Source of the DNA: Bugula neritina | Taxonomy: Eukaryota; Animalia; Bryozoa | Direction: 5' to 3' | Length of the DNA: 64,000 nucleotides | Assembly (NCBI GenBank): GCA_964035545.1 | Contig: OZ037767.1 | Span: 11,170,581 to 11,234,580 of the forward strand | Part shown: piece after piece, positions 55,411 through 64,000 of the stretch | Position numbering within the stretch: the stretch's first letter is position 1 | Layout of the letters: each line of letters begins with the position of its first letter | Notes under the pieces: model-generated | Told to the model about the DNA's origin: nothing | Database searches by the model: none | Seen by the model: the letters and a program-made list of their open reading frames with translations, nothing else | Position numbers and translations under genes: made by a program

Positions 55411-56123
55411 ATGTTATAGCTATGTAACTGATGACACTATTGTGATAAAATAGCCAATGTCAGTGTCAACTCTAAATAGAAAAAAGTTTATAGTCTGCAG
55501 ATTACTTCTTAGTTGTTGCAGATTGCTCTTAGTTGCTGCGGACTACCTCTCAGTTGCTGTTGATTACCTCTTTCATTATAAGCAGAAAAAAGCAACATAT
55601 ATATCCTCTCACACTACCTGACACTTGTTACAATACACAGTTTCTTGTAGGTCAAGTTCACTTAATATCACTGTGGAACTTATTAAGTATAGTGTTGTGG
55701 CCAAAGGAATGCTGCACAGCCAATTATCTAGCATCTGCAACTCGTTGCAAAAGTTGAAAGGTGTTTCATACTTCAGTGTTTAGTTGAAAAGACAAATTAA
55801 CTGTCAGTGTCACTGCACTTGTAGTTGTTGAGAGCATTGTTTAGCAAGGTCGAGATTCCTTTTGTTTATCTTTCAATTAGAGCATAATACAAAATTAGGT
55901 TTATTCTTAGTGGAACGCTATAGATAGATATAAGTAACTCTCACACATTCATGCAGGGTAGTAGCAGCTTTTACAAAGATTACTACAGTTGCAAACCAGC
56001 TCTGTTAACTCTGCATTTATAGATTTTTTGCATCTTAAACTAAAAATTCATGTCTTTTTCTTAATCTTATGCAACTTAACTATTTTGTTGAAAGCTGAAA
56101 AACTTGTTGCATTTTTTTAGAAA

Positions 56124-58568
56124 ATGCCCAGCTTTCTTGAAAGGCCGCCTTTTAATAAATGGAAATTTCTACAGCGCCTGCTCAACAAACGCAATGCGGG
56201 AAAAGTAGAAACAACTGAAGCAGATGCAGCAGATTCGTCTGGGATTTCAATAATCAACACGGACAATTCCTCACACACTGATCAAAACTCGATTCTAACT
56301 GATGACTCGTACAAACAGAAGAATGCTGACAGCAGCTCTCCAGAAGTTGTGCTTCAAGTTGAGGCTCTCCCACTAGAACACTGTCAAAGCGAAAGTAGTT
56401 TGTTCAACAAAGATGGCTCCCGATTGAATCTGACAGACTCTTCTCAGTCTCCAAGAAGTGAAAGTCCCTTCCAAAGAGGAGGCAGGTTGAGATCGAGTAT
56501 ACAAGAATTCAGAAACCGTAGCAGAGCTCACATAGAGAATGTCAGAGAAAGTATCAGAATAAAAGTAGATGAATATAACAGTTATGATGATGATGGGAAT
56601 GAGTTGAAAAAGGAGGAAAAATCTCCTGAGATAACACAGAATCAAGTAAGTAATGTTCATATTATTCTAGAATCTAAACAGTTTATATTATCTTAAATTA
56701 GTAATAAAAGACCTTTATAATAACCATATTGCAGTTTATACTTTAGACTATCAGTTGCACTATGTATCTCAATTTTGATTTGAAGCGTTGCAAAACTACT
56801 ACTGCACTAAAATGTTTAACTATCTATAATATCATCCTGCTGCGATGTGGTAATCTCACCATTTAGGAGCAGTAGTGAAGATAGCCTAATTTTATTAATT
56901 TTTTACTACATTTTGGTTTGGGGCGGGTTGAAGCTTCTGCGAGAACATAACTTCTTTTGCTACATTTCTAATCTAGAACACCTAGGCTCTTCTCCATTTC
57001 TCTATTACGCACCTACCTCAATATCACTATGTTATTAACTTCTTGAGCAATATAATGACGTGCATAAAAATGCAGTAATCAGGTTGTTCTCACATTATAC
57101 ACTGCAATGGACTTTTTTGGAGTTAAACATATTAACTGTCATGGATATCAGGCAAAGCTCATAACCCTTAGAGATGCTTGAGTTCTTAGGTTGGAATTGA
57201 GTTTTGATTTTCTTAAATAATAACATGCTTTGGTGAAACATTAGTTTTTTGCCACTGTGTGTTTTGTGCTGGGAACAAGCCCTTAGACAGCATCTGGACA
57301 CAAATCGAGTAACAATTTGTATGACTTTTAAGAAATGTTCTAACTGTATGTTGTCAAAACAGATTCTCTAATGTATAACAAGTTCTTCTTGACTAAATAA
57401 CTGTCAAATTGCACATTTTCAAGACTGTTTAAGTTTCTCAATGATCATTGTCAGTAGCTTTAGGTATTCAGTAAGAAATGCAATTGTTGCATATTGTACT
57501 TGTACAAGTTATAATATAAGTTTGCTTTATGTACCATTGCTTACACACAAAAACTCAAAATTTTGTGCAGTCTCCTTCCCTGCAAGAGCACTTGTTGACA
57601 ATAGCCTACATTTTCACTAAATACTCAATATCAACATGGTCTTAAGAATTTTGCTATGTCACAGGGACATTGTGACCTGGCAATTAAATGATTGCGTGCT
57701 TGGATTGAACTCCCGGAAGGACAATTTTAGCCCATGACGTAGTCAGTGCTCTAGCCAGCTCACCACCCTGCTCTTGGAGTAGGCTATTGCTTATATAAAC
57801 ATGCCTTGTGAACTGTGTTTGATTGCTTTGGCAATATGCCTAATGATATAATATAATGTTTGTTTTCCATAAACAGACATGTAAAAAGAAATGATTATGT
57901 AGATTTTGTGTGGCTGAGATACGTAAAATTTGGGTTTCTATTGAAATGGCTACGTGATAGCTACATATTTAACTGTGTTTGGTAGGAGATAGTGTTCAGG
58001 GGTAAACTTAATCTGTAAGATATATACAAAAATTCCAGAGTAACTATATACAGCTGCTCTATGTAACAGATATTTTGCACCTGTAGAAATATAATTAAGG
58101 CTAACCCAATGATAATAAAGTGTGTGAACTATCTGCAGTGAAAGAACAGCTATGCAGATATTTTGAATGACCTCTATTCTTGTAGCTACCTGTAACTTGC
58201 CAATTGCCTCTATCTTGCCCCTAAGTTGCTTCTAAACGGCCAGTTGCTAATCTAAGTTGCCAGCTGCATTGCCATAATCATTTTCAAAAGTGCTTATATC
58301 TTAATGTTAAATGATACAAGCTACAGTTTGTATAAAGCAGCCAGTGCCATGCAAGTTATAATGTTGTCCACTTTTTAGTTCAGCACAGCAATGTGTAATA
58401 TTATTATATATACAAGCCAACTTTTATGTAATTATATTTTAGTTCAGCACAGCCTTTAGAAGTTCCATGAGGCGTTCTAGAAAGTTCATCATGGCGGCTG
58501 CACAACAAGTACCCATAACTTCCCTAGCAAAGGCAATGGCAGGAGACACTATGACTTATTATAAATAG
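56124..58568 (+). CDS. Orphan protein, tandem paralogue 2 (215 aa)
   Basis: Exons 56124-56645 (CAA|GTAAGT) and 58443-58568 (...GDTMTYYK*). An acceptor tttttttag lies just before the ATG. Confidence 0.8.
56860..57018 (+). mobile_element. ~165-bp dispersed repeat (copy 4)
   Basis: catttaggagcagta ... ttacgcacctacc. Confidence 0.85.
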
Positions 58569-59809
58569 AGAGTACATGCAGGTGATATGCTTATACAGAG
58601 AGGGAAGATAATAGGCTTACACAACACAGATGTTACTAATAGAACATATTATGATATGTCACACAATTAATTCACCTCTGCAACAATATCATGTCCCGTA
58701 TATCTTATAAAGCAGAAGCTGTCTGTATAAATTCATATGGTAGTCACTGCTCTCATTTATTGTATATAAAGTTATATGCAACATTATGCTGAAGTTTCAA
58801 CAGCATATAAATGATCTACTTTTGTGATAAAAATAAATTTGTCATTGTTTCATTTATTACTCTAATTAGAAGCAATTGTTTTGTATCTATTATATAAATT
58901 GTTATTATACTAAATTAGATGTAATTATTGTAATTCAGTCAAACAAATAAAAATTGCATCATGCTCACAGATTAAATTAAACTCACAAAAATTATAAACT
59001 AATATTGAATATACTGATGGTCATTATAATTTAAAAAGCATAATGATAGCAGCTGCATGTACAAGTATATATTGATGTGATAAAAAGTCAAAGATCAAAT
59101 AAATTCAGTATAAAACTATAGTGTTGAAAATATGCTTTTTCTGTGATAAAAGAATTTACTTTCTGCATCAGTTGTCAAAAAACACAATATTAAATTTTGG
59201 TCGAAACATTATATAGTTGCTTTTGGTATTATACAACCAACATATAAATTTCCCTACTCAATAAAATAAAAATACATTAATTTTTCTCCTTGAGCTAATA
59301 CCTACTTAAATATTTTAAAGCAATTTTAGAGAGTCTTTTATTATCTGAAGTCTGGCTTCAGTTTGAATTGTTTTTATCATATCTGAATCCAATATTTCAC
59401 AAGCGCAAGGAACAAGCATCGCTGTATAATGTATTTACAAAAAAAATGTTTGTAAGACTCTTTCTTTGTTCAACAGCAGCAATAATCAATTGAGTTTATT
59501 AAACCATCCAGACAAGTAGTATGGTGGTTTGTTCTAAAGAGCTTGCAATAAGTGTATAGGCATCACCTATCCATATGGCAAGTAATGATTACAATGATAT
59601 TATTTACCCTCGGCTTAATAAGTAAACAACATCTCATTGTTGTCCAATCTTAAATTTGCTGAATGATTATTTTGTGACCACAAAAATTCCCCATGTTTAG
59701 TTTTGAATAAAAAAGTATGCACCAAATTTATTTCTTAAAGAAATGCTAAACAGAGTCTTGCTTTACATTACTTGTTTTTGTAAACAGTATAGAAGTATAA
59801 TGAGAAGGT

Positions 59810-60085
59810 ATAGTCTGTAGGAGATGGTGTAAAAGACTGTGTATGTGTAAAAAAAGGTTATAGTTTTTAGGAGAGGGTACATCAAAGGATGTAAAAGAGG
59901 GTATATGGGAAGAGTATAGAGAAGGGTATAGCTCCTAGGAAAGGGTATAGGTGGGTATTGGTCCTAAGGAAGGGTATAGCAGGTATAAGGGGTATGAGGG
60001 AGAGCATAAGAGAAGGTATATAGGAGAGAGTATAAGATTGGCTTATAAAGAGAGTAAAAGAAAGGACATAGTAGAAGGTATAAGT
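59810..60085. repeat. Purine-rich degenerate repeat (AGGGTATAG-like)
   Basis: Direct reading. Confidence 0.7.
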
Positions 60086-62733
60086 TTTATTTACTGGAAA
60101 ATAGCATAATTATTTTGTTGCTGCTCAACTGAGAAATTACTCCCAATTAATGCTGTTTATTGTTGCAATTTGCAGAAGAGGGGATTTTGGCTTTGTTTGT
60201 ATAAAAGTACAATTATCGAATAATCCCTAGCACCATTTTTCATTTCAGCATTTCATGTTTGCAATAAATTTACTCAACTCTGAAAAATATACTTTGATCT
60301 ATCAGGTGCTGGGTAATTGAGGATGGCACTATATCTTTTTTGTCAGGTGATGGCATGGTATAAATACTTTTATTTTAAGTGTTTTTAATACTTTAGCCTG
60401 CAGAGCAAAACGATAGTTTTAATGGAAAAGAAGTTTTGTAGGGATCAAACTACATGCAAGAGAGATAAAATACTAGTATGACCTGGCATTTCACAATAAC
60501 AGCCATCAACATGTTTTCAGCTACAATAAATTCTTAGTAGTATCAACTAGCAGTAAAAAGTATCAGAAAAAGAAATTTGATATCTTTCTAGGTATAAACT
60601 TTCTGTTATGTGTAGATAATTCATTTAGTGATTAGTGTATTGTATTATCAGGTCACAGTGTCACCCCTACTGCACCATAGCCATTTCACACACCTGTCAT
60701 ACATGTCACCTCAAACACCTTTCATACATGCCATGTAACCAGCTGACACTAGCCTAAAGCAGGCATAGTAAAATAACAGTCAACTTATTAACTGCATGAG
60801 AAATGACAATAAGTCAATAACTATTTATTTTTAAAGTCTAATCTATAATTTTTTTTATTTCTACCTATAGTTATACAGATATAGAGCTCTTCTGGTGTAC
60901 CTGCTGTCAATTCATAATATTGCTTATAATTCTCTGCATGCAGACTGTGTTTAAATTAATGCTATAATACTTAATATGTATAGCAAAGCGGTCATTTAGC
61001 CTTTTAAGAGTTGTCCTGATTGTGTATATAGCTAAAAAGAAACGGAAAACCATAAAATAATATATTAAGAGTCAAAAAGTACAAATTAAGAGATTTTATA
61101 TTATTTTACATAACATTATTCTTGTGTTCAAAAAAGTTAAAAATATGTTTAGTTTTTTGACATCAGTTCAAATTGGCTGAATAATTTGCGAAAAGTTCCA
61201 TAAATTTAAGTTTAACTGTCGACTTGCGTTGAAATATTATTTCCTTGAAAGCAGAAATTTATGACCATTAATTTTTTGCCTCAAATCAAAATTGGATAAA
61301 AATTATATTACATTATAGACAACCATACAGTCTAATTCTAAATTCAATTTGAAAAAAAATTGTTTATGCCAATTAGTTCAATCTTTTATTCATCATTGTA
61401 TGGAAATAGGCCAACTCAAAAAACTGTAAATGACTAAATGGCTAAAATACTGAAAGTGTTGATTTATGATGTACTATTGATAAAAGGATGTTTTTTCCAA
61501 AAAATATTATCTCAGCTCAATAAACTACAAAACATCTTCTTAATAAAGATAAAATATAGAGCTATGATTTCATCACTAGGTTAACAGAAGTGGAAACATT
61601 ACTTATTTTACTGAAATAATAAGTGTTTGTTCAAACAAGAAGCTATAAACTGATGGAATGTAGCCAATGCAAATGATTTTCACTGCAATATTTGAGGGTG
61701 GTAGTAGAACTGAAACAATTTATTTAGCCAATCACAAAGCGGGAAGATATAATTACAATACTGGATCCGTCAAAGCTCAAGCTTATGGCGCAAGAACATT
61801 TCCTCGTTCCCAATTCCGTCTGGTATGTAAAAAGAGAATCGCCCACATATTATTATTATTATATTATTGACAAAAGAGATTAAAATAATTCCTAAAGACA
61901 CGCTTGAAACAATTTCAGAAAAACAAAGTTGAAGCAAAAAAGTCAACATAGTTTTATTATTCCAATAAAACCATTTGAAACTGCCACATTTGCTATTTTC
62001 AATCATAGGCTAAAGTTATCATGAGGTATGGCAATTATAGAAAGGATTGATTTAATTTCAACAAATATATATTGAAAAAATCTTATTCAATTTCTTATAA
62101 CCATCAAATCTACTTGTACTTCAAAGGCAAAATTTATGAAATTCTTATTAGTTTCGCAACTTTAATAGGTGTCAAAAGTTATAAGTACAAAGTTTACACC
62201 CATCAATTATCATGAATATCTACGACATCATTACCTCTAACAAGAGCAAACCACAATTTAAATAGACAGTGAAAATATATGTTATAAACCTAAAGAGTCT
62301 TCACATATGGTGTTAAATCAGCTGCATAATATGCTTTGTGATGAGAAAATAAGTCAATTGATTATAAACAGGCTGCCAATCTTTGCAAGATGAGAACATG
62401 AGAAAGAATTTTATTGCTGCCAAAATAAATCAGCATGATTAACAATTTGGAATAAATGAATACAAAACGCACCTGCACACACACACATATAATTATATAC
62501 CATGAGCACATAATTTAGTGCAGGTAACTTAGGCTATTTCTGAATGTCCCATGCTAATATACTGATGGATGTTTCCTCAAGAGCATGACTGTCCTACCTT
62601 TCTATAGCATGGAAAGATAAAGCAAAATAAATCTAGATTATTTCATTCTAGCCCCCACAAATAGCTTTTTCGCAATTCAGCAAAAAGTGGCAGTTGTTTG
62701 TTTTGCAAGCAGTTAGAAAATGGAATCAGCCAA

Positions 62734-62872
62734 ATGGATGACTTTGCTAAATTTTTCTGGAAAGATTTGTATAGAAATGGTCATGTCATAGTTGTGATCC
62801 CTGAGCCGCGCTATGACAACATAATTACATTTTGATGGTCTTTTATGACGTACCTGTGGGCCAGTGGCCAAT
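62734..62872 (+). promoter_or_regulatory. Conserved upstream module of tandem paralogue 3
   Basis: atggatgactttgctaaat, TGACGTA at 62846 and CCAAT at 62868. A candidate first-exon donor GTGAGT lies at 63015. Confidence 0.6.
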
Positions 62873-63593
62873 TGAATGCAGGGTGTAGGCTGTAGAGCTT
62901 TGACAACCAATATGGCTTTATTCTGGTTGAATATATAAACCTAAGGGTTGACAAGGAAACAATTAGTCTAGATGCTCATATTGAACTGGTAACAGACTTC
63001 GCGTACATCAAGTGGTGAGTATTAATATCTCCATATTATTGATGGGGAGACAACTGCTGCAATCTAAATATTTTAATACTTCAGCCTCCAACATACTTTA
63101 TCTTGCTTTACTTAATTTTGTAAAAATGAAAGTTAAAACTAAATTAAAACACTATAGGTATCATATCAGGCTAGTAAGTGAAGACAACTTCTTGCAGCAT
63201 GGTTAAGGCCACCATAAGCTTATATAACCAATAATAGTGTATTATAACGTACTTCTTCCTGTGCTACTGTATTGCTGAGCATGGCTAAAGTTACTTATTT
63301 CAGGTGAAATGTTGTATATAAGCAACGTGTGTGTTGGGGGGATGTACACAATTATCGCAGTGCGTTGACCATGTTATATTAAAATATTGAATTAATTATT
63401 GAAACTTAAAACTTAGTTATTGACTGTTGTCACTGCTGAGACAATAGTCAATAACTAAGTTCCAAGTTTCAATATTCTTTGCATATCCTGCTATGTTATA
63501 TAGTTATAATACTTTTTAATTTCTATTTGATCATATTTTAACAAGACTGTAATAATTTTAAATTCTGTTTACTTTTAGATATAATATTAAAAG

Positions 63594-64000
63594 ATGCTTA
63601 AATTTCTTGAAAAATCTCCTCTTAGTGGATTGAAATTTCTACAGCGATTGCTCCACAAACACAGCAGTGTGAAAAAAGTAAACATAGCTGAAACAGATTC
63701 AGTTAACCAATCTGACATTTCAATAATCAACACGGACAATACTTCATATACTAACCAAGGCTTGAATCTAACTGATGACTCATACAAACAGAAGAATGCT
63801 GACAGCAGCTCCCCAGAAGTTGTGCTTCAAGTCGAGGCTCTCCCACTAGAACACTGTCAAAGTGAAAGTAGTTTGTTCAACAAAGATGGCTCCCGATTGA
63901 ATCTGACAGACTCTTCTCAGTCTCCAAGAAGTGAAAGTCCCTTCCAGAGAGGAGGCAGGTTGAGATCGAGTATACAAGAATTCAGAAACCGTAGCAGAGC
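63594..64000 (+). CDS. Orphan protein, tandem paralogue 3 (runs off the window)
   Basis: MLKFLEKSPLSGLKFLQRLLHKH...ISIINTDN..LTDDSYKQKNADSSSPEVVLQVEALPLEHCQSESS, open to the window end. Acceptor ttttag at 63573-63578. Confidence 0.8.
   Translation, partial: MLKFLEKSPLSGLKFLQRLLHKHSSVKKVNIAETDSVNQSDISIINTDNTSYTNQGLNLTDDSYKQKNADSSSPEVVLQVEALPLEHCQSESSLFNKDGSRLNLTDSSQSPRSESPFQRGGRLRSSIQEFRNRSR

Overview
AT-rich, intron-containing eukaryotic DNA, most likely from an invertebrate animal. There are no prokaryotic features, and most ORF-track hits are microsatellite artefacts. By hand-splicing GT-AG exons I can support five protein-coding loci. (1) A minus-strand TJAP1/BEGAIN-like coiled-coil gene (10001-15989). 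(2) An RBM4/Lark-like RNA-binding gene with a single RRM and a CCHC knuckle (26592-29341). (3) A small orphan gene (about 30113-34034). (4) A compact TATA-driven gene with 7 coding exons (36289-39353) encoding a 310-aa secreted precursor, which KR/GKR sites would cut into four Cys-free amphipathic helical peptides, two of them amidated and one with a His stripe. This is the best candidate for an undescribed system (a host-defence or lipid/metal-binding polyprotein). (5) A tandem array of at least three orphan paralogues (48368, 56124, 63594) with variable N-termini, near-identical cores, a shared upstream motif module and a gene-conversion scar. Mobile DNA includes a young 5'-truncated RTE LINE, a young Penelope-like element with an inverted pseudo-LTR, three unrelated hammerhead ribozyme motifs inside TA microsatellites, tRNA-derived SINEs, fold-back MITEs and decayed LINE fragments. 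All family assignments come from my recall of motifs, not from database searches.
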